Below, piece after piece: positions 20,774 to 29,280 of a stretch of 64,000 bases of DNA. Source of the DNA: an uncultured Nitrososphaerota archaeon (GTDB lineage Archaea > Thermoproteota > Nitrososphaeria > Nitrososphaerales > Nitrosopumilaceae); NCBI GenBank assembly GCA_963701075.1, contig OY969559.1:544001-608000 (forward strand), in the 5' to 3' direction. Under the pieces are notes generated by a model. It was not told the DNA's origin and ran no database searches. It worked only from the letters and a program-made list of their open reading frames with translations. Position numbers and translations under genes: made by a program. Position 1 is the first letter of the stretch. Every line of letters starts with the position of its first letter.

Positions 20774-21886
20774 ATGTTAAATGAGAACGCACAAACTGAT
20801 ATCGTGGAGAAAAGTTTGCTGGTATTTGAAAAATATACCAGATCTAATGCTACAAGAAAGATGTATCGCTATCTCTTTGTAAGGTTTTTGAATTGGACTA
20901 AAATTAACGATGTGGATGGAATATTACAACTCAAGGAATCCTATCTACAACAATTAGTTGAAGATTATATTTTGTATATGCGAAAACAAATACTGCCAAA
21001 TTCATTCCAGCCTATTGTTGCATCATTAGAATTATTTTTTTCAATGAATGACAAGACCCTTAATTGGAAAAAAATCCGTAAGATGATACCTTCTCCTGTT
21101 AAGAAATCTGGATACAATGCTTGGCAAACAAAAGATATTGAAAAAATGCTTCAGCTTACCACATCCTTGAGAAACAAGGCTCTTCTTCACTTTCTTGCTT
21201 CTACTGCATGCAGGATAGGGGCAATATCGGAATTAAAGATAAAACATCTCTCTGACATGCCTGATAATTGCAAATCGGTATTGTTCTATGAGGGTACAAA
21301 CGAAGAATATGATGGATTTCTGACACCTGAAGCAAGTCAAATCATTAATGAATATCTAAACAAACGAAGAAAGGATGGCGAATATCTTAATGATGAATCA
21401 CCGCTTTTTAGAGCATCATACCAAGTAGGGGTACAAAAGGCTAAACCTCTTTCATTAAACTCGATTACCCAGATATTACACAGACTTGTCAAGCAAATTG
21501 ATACTAGAAAGAGGATTGGAAATAGGTTTAACGTAATGATGGCTCACGGATTTAGAAAGAGATTTGCTACGATCATCAAACTTGACAACAAGATAAGCTG
21601 GTCAGTTGGAGAAAGACTGCTTGGACACAAAACCTATCTTGAACGAGAATATTTCAGGCCAGTCAAGAATGAACTTTTTACAGAATTTAAGAAGATAATG
21701 CCTGATTTGATAATAGACCAGTCGGAGAAGCTAAGAGTAGAAGCACATCTCAAAGATGAACAAATGAGAAGGATAGAATCTCAAAAAGATGGTCTAATTC
21801 AGCAGCTCCAAGAACAGATTAAGGAAAATGAAAAAACTAAGACTAGCGTACAGAAGATATTAAATCATCTGAAGCTGGCATGCTGA
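20774..21886 (+). CDS. Tyrosine recombinase / integrase
   Basis: Catalytic R (ACRIGAI), HGFRK, LLGH, Y (EYF) and C-terminal coiled coil. The ORF track starts at 20729, outside attL; ATG 20774 is preferred. Confidence 0.92.
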   Translation: MLNENAQTDIVEKSLLVFEKYTRSNATRKMYRYLFVRFLNWTKINDVDGILQLKESYLQQLVEDYILYMRKQILPNSFQPIVASLELFFSMNDKTLNWKKIRKMIPSPVKKSGYNAWQTKDIEKMLQLTTSLRNKALLHFLASTACRIGAISELKIKHLSDMPDNCKSVLFYEGTNEEYDGFLTPEASQIINEYLNKRRKDGEYLNDESPLFRASYQVGVQKAKPLSLNSITQILHRLVKQIDTRKRIGNRFNVMMAHGFRKRFATIIKLDNKISWSVGERLLGHKTYLEREYFRPVKNELFTEFKKIMPDLIIDQSEKLRVEAHLKDEQMRRIESQKDGLIQQLQEQIKENEKTKTSVQKILNHLKLAC

Positions 21887-22464
21887 AATACCATTTTATT
21901 TGATACTTGTACGAAGAATTCTCTATGCATTGCAGGATCTGATTGCTCGAGTAGTTCGAATAAATTCTTAATTTTGCTCAAACCTGAATCCCCAAATCTC
22001 TTAATCGTTTTCTCAGTGATTTTTGCCGTATTGCCAGAAATTACTGTTAGTGTCAATATGCGATAGGTCTGGAACCAATCAAGAGTTTTCCTGACCAATA
22101 TTTTCATAAGACTAGATTTAATCTTCTTATTTTCACGAGTATTTTTTTTATGAAAATCTAGTGTGGACTTGACCGTGTCCGTTAATTTATCCAAAATATT
22201 AAGTTCATTTTCTAACCAGTACTGAATACTATCGTTCACCGTTTTAAGTCCAGAAGGTATCCAATACTTGCCTTTTTCTTTTTTTGTTGGTGGTGTAAAC
22301 TCTACTATTCCTTTTTTTACCATTTTCTTAAGATGTTCATTGAAAGTTCTAGTAGTACATTTCTTGATAGTCTGAACTTCATCAAACAATTCGTTGTAAC
22401 GGAAACTTTCTTCTCTAATCAAAGATCTAAGAATTGCATCTTCAAAATCTAAATTTTCACTCAC
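21865..22464 (-). CDS. Winged-helix transcriptional regulator
   Basis: FRYNELF...TRTFNEHLKKMVKKGIV...KYW wHTH pattern; convergent with the integrase. Confidence 0.7.
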   Translation of the reverse strand: MSENLDFEDAILRSLIREESFRYNELFDEVQTIKKCTTRTFNEHLKKMVKKGIVEFTPPTKKEKGKYWIPSGLKTVNDSIQYWLENELNILDKLTDTVKSTLDFHKKNTRENKKIKSSLMKILVRKTLDWFQTYRILTLTVISGNTAKITEKTIKRFGDSGLSKIKNLFELLEQSDPAMHREFFVQVSNKMVFQHASFR

Positions 22465-22514
22465 TATACTTGAGGTATAGCCGATTATTTATTTAACTAC
22501 TGAGATGATGAGTT

Positions 22515-22655
22515 ATGGCACAAATACACATAAAGGATCAAACGATCGACCGCATTGAAAAAATAACAAGAAAAAAATTTACTCGAGGTGGTGATCGATT
22601 AATCAATGAGGTTATTGACATTCTAGAAATGAGGAAAAATAATGAAAACATCTAA
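22515..22655 (+). CDS. Small ribbon-helix-helix-like protein (46 aa, not in ORF track)
   Basis: MAQIHIKDQTIDRIEKITRKKFTRGGDRLINEVIDILEMRKNNENI: beta-alpha-alpha pattern, overlaps the next ORF. Confidence 0.6.
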   Translation: MAQIHIKDQTIDRIEKITRKKFTRGGDRLINEVIDILEMRKNNENI

Positions 22656-22884
22656 GCCTAATTTTCCATTCGAGGATCCTAAGTACATTGATGATTCTAT
22701 TAACACAGAAATATGCCCTTCTTGTAATTTGTCTTTTTCAGAACATACCAACCATGAGATTGTAAAATGTGCATTAGACGAGCTAAGAGGTGGAAAGAAG
22801 CGGACTATTGACTTGACTGATCTGGAAAATAACGAATGGGTATGTGAAAAGTACCCGTCTAATAATCAAAATTGCGATCCATAG
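22642..22884 (+). CDS. Small putative Zn-binding protein
   Basis: CPSC..S.SEH.....C motif. Confidence 0.5.
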   Translation: MKTSKPNFPFEDPKYIDDSINTEICPSCNLSFSEHTNHEIVKCALDELRGGKKRTIDLTDLENNEWVCEKYPSNNQNCDP

Positions 22885-22898
22885 CAAAGAAAGGAGGA

Positions 22899-23063
22899 TT
22901 GAGTACAATATCCACTGATTCATTCTCGAATTTAACAACGATTACAATAACCGCTGAGACTCGCAGGAGATTAGAGGTATTATGCAAGAAAGATCAAGAT
23001 TTTGACAGTGTGATAAACAAGCTTATTTTACTCTCGTCTGACAAATTGGAGGATTTTTGGTGA
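22899..23063 (+). CDS. Ribbon-helix-helix (CopG-like) protein
   Basis: TTITITAETRRRLEVLCKKDQDFDSVINKLI; TTG start with a purine-rich AAGGAGG just upstream; directly precedes the putative rep gene. Confidence 0.7.
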   Translation: MSTISTDSFSNLTTITITAETRRRLEVLCKKDQDFDSVINKLILLSSDKLEDFW

Positions 23064-23890
23064 GTAACGGATCAGTAACACATCGAGGTCACGGATCAGA
23101 GTATGATATTGAACAGTTTTACAAAAGGGCTCTATCTATATGTGAAACTGGAAAGAGACCGTTTTGCTTTAAGGATTTTGATGATATCAGCCCAGGCAAC
23201 TTTAGGCAATATGTTCACAGATCAGGAAGCAAGATAGAGATTGTAAAAAAGGGAAGGCCAACACTGTACAAAGTTAGAGGAATTGAACTTGCAGGCGATT
23301 CCCATAGAATAACGAATAGGGTAACGGGGGTTAATCCAGAATTTGAACATCTACTAGAATCGCTCAGAGACCAACCTCCAATGATTCATGATATTCATCT
23401 AAAATTTGAATCTGAGTTGCATTCTAGTCTTGTTTCTAAAGGGTTATCGGTCAATCCAACTAATCACGCCATAGAGAACATAAGATATGCCGCACTTGAC
23501 AACAATATCAAAACCAAGATCCTGGTGTATCCATATACAACCCAGATTATCATAGGGTGTACTTGCAAACCAATTATCTATGATGCTTCAGGAATTTGGT
23601 CTCTATTTTCATATCTTTCTCAGGTACAATTTCATTTATCAGAACTAACAAACCATCAAGTCGTAATTCCAGAGGTAAAAACATGGATTGTTACACGTTA
23701 TGATTTCAATAAAGATGGTTCGGAATCAGTTATTGGAGGGCCTTTTTGCATGGAATTTCAAGATGTTTCAAATGGACTTATACGATTTTACCTAAAGAAG
23801 ATGCCAAACGGTGAAAGGATTCCAAGACTTGAACAAACTAGGACTCCTAACAAGTCGATTTCAGATATTGTGCAGGAGATCCTGTCGTAA
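23057..23890 (+). CDS. Putative Rep_trans/MOB_T-like replication initiator or relaxase with N-terminal HTH
   Basis: WIVTRYDFNKD, IRFYLK and RLE occur in the same order as the Rep_trans motifs; copG-rep gene order. By-eye inference. Confidence 0.5.
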   Translation: MVSNGSVTHRGHGSEYDIEQFYKRALSICETGKRPFCFKDFDDISPGNFRQYVHRSGSKIEIVKKGRPTLYKVRGIELAGDSHRITNRVTGVNPEFEHLLESLRDQPPMIHDIHLKFESELHSSLVSKGLSVNPTNHAIENIRYAALDNNIKTKILVYPYTTQIIIGCTCKPIIYDASGIWSLFSYLSQVQFHLSELTNHQVVIPEVKTWIVTRYDFNKDGSESVIGGPFCMEFQDVSNGLIRFYLKKMPNGERIPRLEQTRTPNKSISDIVQEILS

Positions 23891-23906
23891 TGAACAATTG
23901 AGCCAA

Positions 23907-24137
23907 ATGACCCCACCAAAGCCTCCCTCGTTTAAAGCTAAAACGGGAAGAAAGACAAAACGTGAAAGGATCCAACAAGACGGAAGATTAATGACAAACG
24001 CCATTCTGGGAGATAGTCCTTGGGAAGCTTCTCTTTACGCAGGATGTGGCTATGAATATGCGGTGAAAAAATTCCTAGAGTTTGGATTCATTTTTGATCA
24101 TAAAACACGACTATGGATCAGGATCAAACGATTCTAA
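23907..24137 (+). CDS. Small basic hypothetical protein (possible HTH)
   Basis: ORF continuing the rep operon; Lys/Arg-rich N-terminus. Confidence 0.45.
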   Translation: MTPPKPPSFKAKTGRKTKRERIQQDGRLMTNAILGDSPWEASLYAGCGYEYAVKKFLEFGFIFDHKTRLWIRIKRF

Positions 24138-24154
24138 GTAAATGTAGAGACTCA

Positions 24155-24385
24155 TTTTTACGTAAAATACGTAAATTTAGGCACGTAATGTTACAGGTTT
24201 TAGGGAATGGAGTCAGGATATGAAATTTTACGAAAAGTTCGTAAATTTAGGCACGTGATTTTACGGAATTTTCACAAAATGTGAAAATTTAGGCACGTGA
24301 TTTTTCACATTTTTGGTGAACTGGAAATAGAGGTTATGAAATTTTACCTATTTTGGGTAAATTTAGGCACGTGATTTTACACATT
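24155..24385 (+). repeat. Array of four hairpin + AAATTTAGGCACGT units (candidate origin)
   Basis: Cores at 24173, 24243, 24285 and 24359, each preceded by a 3-nt-loop hairpin; partial fifth core TTTAGGCACG at 24604. Confidence 0.9.
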
Positions 24386-24745
24386 TTTATGAGTAGAAGG
24401 GGGAATGAAATTTATGAATACAAAACATCGTCCCGAGTTTCGTTCCTAGAATAGGGGGATCACCAGGGAAAAATAGACAAAAAAGAAGGTGTGATACCGA
24501 TCCCGAGTTTTAGATAGCGTTAATGGAAGATATCTACGAAATTTTTGAGTAATTGTGGGGGTACTGATCTGCGTTTTATTATTTTATGTCATATCATCCT
24601 AATTTTAGGCACGAAAATATGGCATCATATGACCGAGGTAAAATTTCTGCTTGAAAGACATACTAACTTCGGTATAAAAAAAGATGAGATACGATCTAGA
24701 ATTTGTGGTCTTGCATGTGTATGATCAGAGATAATTTCTAAAACA

Positions 24746-24916
24746 TCAAACATCAGTACTTTTTGCAAGGTAAATTTTGTCATTTTCTTCTACGAACATG
24801 ATAGTCTCTCCTTCCTGAAGATGATATTTCTCTCTGACCTTCTTTGGTATGGTTACCTGGAACTTGTAGCTTATGGTCGTCATTCCAAGTATCTCTTTCT
24901 TTGAATCCTTTATCAT
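24746..24916 (-). CDS. AbrB/MazE/SpoVT family DNA-binding protein
   Basis: TTISYKFQVTIPKKVREKYHLQEGETIMF; start uncertain (24883, 24916 or 24958). Confidence 0.85.
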   Translation of the reverse strand: MIKDSKKEILGMTTISYKFQVTIPKKVREKYHLQEGETIMFVEENDKIYLAKSTDV

Positions 24917-25090
24917 TATTACTTGCCTTGATTGTAATGAATGTAAAGCAAGATTCATTAATTAGACCCAAGAAAGTAAAGAATTCTTGGAAAGTAAAGA
25001 TAATTTCATTCATGGATTAAGAGATTCCAGAGTTGGGATGAAGATAGAACCGTACCAAGTTCTATTTGTTAAATTTTACAATCGAGAACT

Positions 25091-25744
25091 ATGAAGCTTA
25101 ATCTCAATTATTCTGTCACTAGTACTTGCAAGCTCTGTCATAGGATATGGTGTACAAGCATCTGCTCAGATGACAGGTGGCGGGATCTGTGGTAATCATC
25201 CATGTGCACCAGGAGAGGTCTATCCGCCAAGTACCCCTTCATCAGGAACTGGAATTACAGTCTCAACTGACAAACCGTCATATAATTATGGTGACACCAT
25301 TACCATATCGGGTACAACGAGTGTTTATCTTGGTGATACCCCTCTTACGCTTATTCTAAGAAATCCAGTTGGAAATATTGTCATAGCAACACAACTCACA
25401 GTGGGAACAGACGATACCTTTTCTGAGACTGCGGTTGCTACAGGTGCACTGTGGCAATCTGCTGGTACGTATACAATATCTGCCATATATGGTAACACAA
25501 ACATGTCTGCTACAACCACATTCCAGTTCTCAGGTTCTTCTTTACTCCATCAAGTCCAAGTACTGTACCAAACGCTGGCACAAATGCTACTATTCAACAA
25601 CCACCATCTTCTACCACCCCGCAATCAAAGATTCCCGCTTGGGTCAAAAACATCTTCATCTGGTATGGCAGGGGCAGCATCTCAGACGATGAATTGATAG
25701 GTGCCATACAGTTTCTTATACATCAGGGAATAATCAAAGTCTGA
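25091..25744 (+). CDS. Secreted/surface protein with Ig-like domain and thaumarchaeal C-terminal IPxWVKN domain (two apparent frameshifts)
   Basis: Signal peptide MKLISIILSLVLASS after correction at ~25099; STDKPSYNYGDTITISG; after a shift at ~25542 it reads IPAWVKNIFIWYGRGSISDDELIGAIQFLIHQGIIKV*. Confidence 0.75.
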
Positions 25745-25915
25745 AATTTTTGAATTACAAAACATCAACCTGAATTTCAGAAAACTTGATTCTCTTTGCG
25801 GTATCTATGGCATCACTCATACACAATTAATATGTAATACTAGTAAAAAATCATGATAACGATTACTAATGATTTGTACATTAGAGAAGAAAACTAAACA
25901 GAATTAGTTTTGCAT

Positions 25916-27355
25916 CTACTCAGTAATATAATGACGATTCTTAGGCCACATTTTGAATATTGGTTTATACTTATCCATTTTCAAGTAATTCTTTACAATT
26001 TTTATCTTGTTTTCTAGTTTTTCTGAACCTTGTTGGAATTGTGCATTTTCCAGCATAATGTATAATTCGTCTTTTGTTTTGTTTAAAATAACATATGTTG
26101 CAATAATTATTCTCGCATAATCCATCATCAAGAAGCCAAATTCATCCTTATTCTTGAATCGTTTTTTTATTGCCTTTTCAGTTTTATTACTCATTTTATC
26201 GCCATGAACATATTTGCTTCTTACATCATATGCAGTCAACATATCATCATACACCTTCTTCGAATCTAGTCCGATTAAACCTAATAATTTTGAAGAATTT
26301 AACGCAAATCGTAACTTTTGATCTCCCTCGGATTTAATCAATAATGCTTCGATAGCCATAACTGCATATGATACTGAAATTCGGATTAAATGAATTGATT
26401 TTAATCCATTCATATATCGTGATAATGATATTTCTAGTTCATTATCTTCCCTGTAATGGTTAACTATAGATCTAGTTAATCGTTTTTCCATTACTCCATA
26501 AAATAGCTTAAGATATTCTATCTCATTTTCTTTAATTCTTGCGTAGTATTGTAATCCTGGATCATGATAAAACCCCAATCTATACGTGCCATGAAATGTA
26601 CGTTCTATGTTTGAAGATTTGTTACTTATTCCAATACAATCAGGCGATGATAATTTGAATAATGTAAGAATTAATTCGATTTTTTTTAATGTTTCAAAAC
26701 TGTGATCATATTTCAAATCTTGTTTATACGTAAATTCTAATATGCAAAAACATTGCTCTACTACCTCATTATAATCATCCCATTCCTCTGGTTTAACTTC
26801 GATCTCAAAATCTTTCTTGTTGGCTTTTCTTATTCTAAGATATTTGTTTACGATGATTTCGTTTTGTTCTATCATAATTCCTGAAAGATAAGATGTTGTT
26901 TTGATTATCGGCAGTTCATCTTTAATCGAGTTAATAAGGTATTTCACTAAATTCTTAACATTAAAAAATTTTGTATCATGCTCATAACAAAAAACAAATA
27001 ATGCTTTTTCTACAAACGCTCCAAAAAGAAATTTATCTTCGTTCTTACTAATTTTGTTTATTCTTTCATTCATTTTTTTGTAAAAATCATCTTGTTTCAA
27101 ATCATTATGTGCAACGTAAAGGAGTCGATCCCAATCAATTTTTTCTTTAGTATCTGTAAATCTGTCAATAGAATACCATTTGTGAAACTTTGACCATCTT
27201 ACATTTGGAATTTTATAATATTTTTTACCCAGGGGGTGGTTTCTTTTTTTCAAATCTAGAACTAAATTTCGTAGATATGTGGTATACCTATACAGATCTA
27301 TCTCAATCTGTTTTAATTCTTGATCTGATGAAGACATGGAGTCATTATCTTTCAA
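25916..27355 (-). CDS. HEPN-domain protein (ApeA-like), putative anti-viral RNase
   Basis: AIEALL and RSKYVH (Rx4H) HEPN motifs in the C-terminal half. Confidence 0.75.
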   Translation of the reverse strand: MKDNDSMSSSDQELKQIEIDLYRYTTYLRNLVLDLKKRNHPLGKKYYKIPNVRWSKFHKWYSIDRFTDTKEKIDWDRLLYVAHNDLKQDDFYKKMNERINKISKNEDKFLFGAFVEKALFVFCYEHDTKFFNVKNLVKYLINSIKDELPIIKTTSYLSGIMIEQNEIIVNKYLRIRKANKKDFEIEVKPEEWDDYNEVVEQCFCILEFTYKQDLKYDHSFETLKKIELILTLFKLSSPDCIGISNKSSNIERTFHGTYRLGFYHDPGLQYYARIKENEIEYLKLFYGVMEKRLTRSIVNHYREDNELEISLSRYMNGLKSIHLIRISVSYAVMAIEALLIKSEGDQKLRFALNSSKLLGLIGLDSKKVYDDMLTAYDVRSKYVHGDKMSNKTEKAIKKRFKNKDEFGFLMMDYARIIIATYVILNKTKDELYIMLENAQFQQGSEKLENKIKIVKNYLKMDKYKPIFKMWPKNRHYITE

Positions 27356-27463
27356 TTGTTTTTATTGATAAAGTAATCTGAAGTTTTAGAATTAGTATAA
27401 CAATAGGCCAGAACAAAATTGGCCTGATTCAAGATTATATACAATGTTCTGCTTCGTAATCTA

Positions 27464-28834
27464 TTGAGCATATTTTCTAAAAAAATCGATTCAATAACCC
27501 GAGAAGACTTGGAATCTCTGATAAGAGAATCTGAACGAGAGAGCATACAACTTGATTATAAACAAGGCATAAATCCTTCAGAAAATGGCAAACATGATTT
27601 GGTGAAGCTGGTAGTAGGAATGGCAAACACAGAAGGGGGATACATAATTTTTGGAATTAATGAAGACAAACAAAAGGGAATACCGACTAAAATGGAAGGA
27701 ATAGATCCATCTGTTGGAGGACAAAAGGTTGACGAATGGCTAGAAAATGTCATCAATCCCCACATAAGTCCAAGAGTTGTAATTAGGATTAAAACTATAG
27801 CACTTGAAACCAAAATAGCATTAGTTTTGTGGGTACCGCAAAGTACAAGAAAGCCGCACATGTCGACCCTTGATAATGACTTTAGGATTTACCGACGTTA
27901 TAATACTCAGTCACTGCCTGCCAGTGAAGGAGAATTAAGAGAAATGTATCTTGCATCTAATAAAATTGAAAGAGTAAGAGAAGATTTCATATTGAAAAAA
28001 AATCTTACTAATGTCTCAAATAAGGAATTTGGTCTAACAACAAATTCTGATAACCTCCTGTCAAAGCTTGGCATAGAAAATAAGTATGAATATCCAATTG
28101 TGACGCTTTCATCCTGCCCTAGGTTTCTAGAAGAGAAAGTAAATTTCTCATCTGACACTTTTCAATCATGGCTGTCGAAAAATTCTTTTACAAAAATCCA
28201 GAATCAAGATATAGAAATTTTTCGTTATAATCCACCTATTCTAGAACAAAATTCGATAACAATATTGCGTAAGATGGGAATGAATGATAAAATATTGGAA
28301 TACCTTGAAATCCAAAGAAATGGATTTATTGAACAATGTAAAACATTACAACTTATTCATTCTGATGGAAACAAATTTGTATTAAATCTTGGGAGATTAA
28401 CTGTTGCACTTTGGGCATTTTTATATTATGTAAAAAATTTCTATCAACAAATTGATTATTTAGATGAATTTTCTATTTTTATGTCCATTAGAAATTCTAA
28501 TCGCCTTGAACTATGCGGTTTGTTAGGACTATCCGAAAGAGGACACCCGTATTCTACTGAATCAGATGACCTTTTTAGATATCTGGATATTACCCCCATG
28601 TATACTGCCACTACGTATGATCCAGTTTTTCCTACTACTCAAAAGGAACAAAATCTATCACATTCAGTTAATTTAACTATGAATAATCTCACGGATGAAG
28701 AGATCTATGACATTGTGAAAAATTTTGCAGATAGGATAAGTAATGCATTTGGTTTGGCTAAAGCACATTGTTATAATAACGATGGAACATTTGTTAATAG
28801 ACACTTAGACTTTTACAACAAACTACTATCTTAA
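27464..28834 (+). CDS. Schlafen AlbA_2-domain protein with uncharacterised C-terminal domain
   Basis: RESIQLDYK, MANTEGGYIIFGINE, KPH, IYRR. Confidence 0.85.
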   Translation: MSIFSKKIDSITREDLESLIRESERESIQLDYKQGINPSENGKHDLVKLVVGMANTEGGYIIFGINEDKQKGIPTKMEGIDPSVGGQKVDEWLENVINPHISPRVVIRIKTIALETKIALVLWVPQSTRKPHMSTLDNDFRIYRRYNTQSLPASEGELREMYLASNKIERVREDFILKKNLTNVSNKEFGLTTNSDNLLSKLGIENKYEYPIVTLSSCPRFLEEKVNFSSDTFQSWLSKNSFTKIQNQDIEIFRYNPPILEQNSITILRKMGMNDKILEYLEIQRNGFIEQCKTLQLIHSDGNKFVLNLGRLTVALWAFLYYVKNFYQQIDYLDEFSIFMSIRNSNRLELCGLLGLSERGHPYSTESDDLFRYLDITPMYTATTYDPVFPTTQKEQNLSHSVNLTMNNLTDEEIYDIVKNFADRISNAFGLAKAHCYNNDGTFVNRHLDFYNKLLS

Positions 28835-28881
28835 CGCAGTATACTTGTGATCATTGAAGAAGATTCAATTATTTATGACAT

Positions 28882-29184
28882 TCAAACAGGTCTCAGAAGC
28901 TCTTCGATTTTTGTGAGGATTACTTCATTTTCCACAGTTTTTTTTCTTACCTCTTCATTCATCTGTTCTTGATTTTTCTTGTATGTTCTGAGTAATTCAT
29001 AAATTGAAAGCCTTTCCTTTGCACGATCCTCAGTGGTTTTGAAAAGATTATGATCTGCCCAGAATCGTTGGTGACATTTACTACACATCGGTTCAGATAC
29101 TCCAGATGAAAAGACACGTTTACACGTAGGTCTGGGACACTGGACATATCTTGGTTGATGGGTACGCATCCAAATACCGCCCAT
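28882..29184 (-). CDS. Zn-ribbon + coiled-coil protein
   Basis: CPRPTC...CSKC, helical C-terminus. Confidence 0.65.
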   Translation of the reverse strand: MGGIWMRTHQPRYVQCPRPTCKRVFSSGVSEPMCSKCHQRFWADHNLFKTTEDRAKERLSIYELLRTYKKNQEQMNEEVRKKTVENEVILTKIEELLRPV

Positions 29185-29245
29185 GTTATATAGATAACAT
29201 TTTTTTGTATTTTAATGTTATTGGATAACAGAACTTTTAATATAT

Positions 29246-29266
29246 ACACTACTAGTATAGTAGTGT
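29246..29266. promoter_or_regulatory. Inverted repeat operator ACACTACTA-GTA-TAGTAGTGT
   Basis: Perfect 9-bp arms between a TATA-like TTTAATATA and ATG 29281; extra half-site AGTAGTGT at 29272. Confidence 0.6.
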
Positions 29267-29280
29267 GGAGAAGTAGTGTA

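Noticed and set aside
24155-24620. CRISPR array interpretation of the AAATTTAGGCACGT repeats
   Set aside because: The core is only ~14-20 bp, spacing is irregular (70/42/74), the intervening sequences are self-complementary and related to each other, and there are no cas genes in the window.
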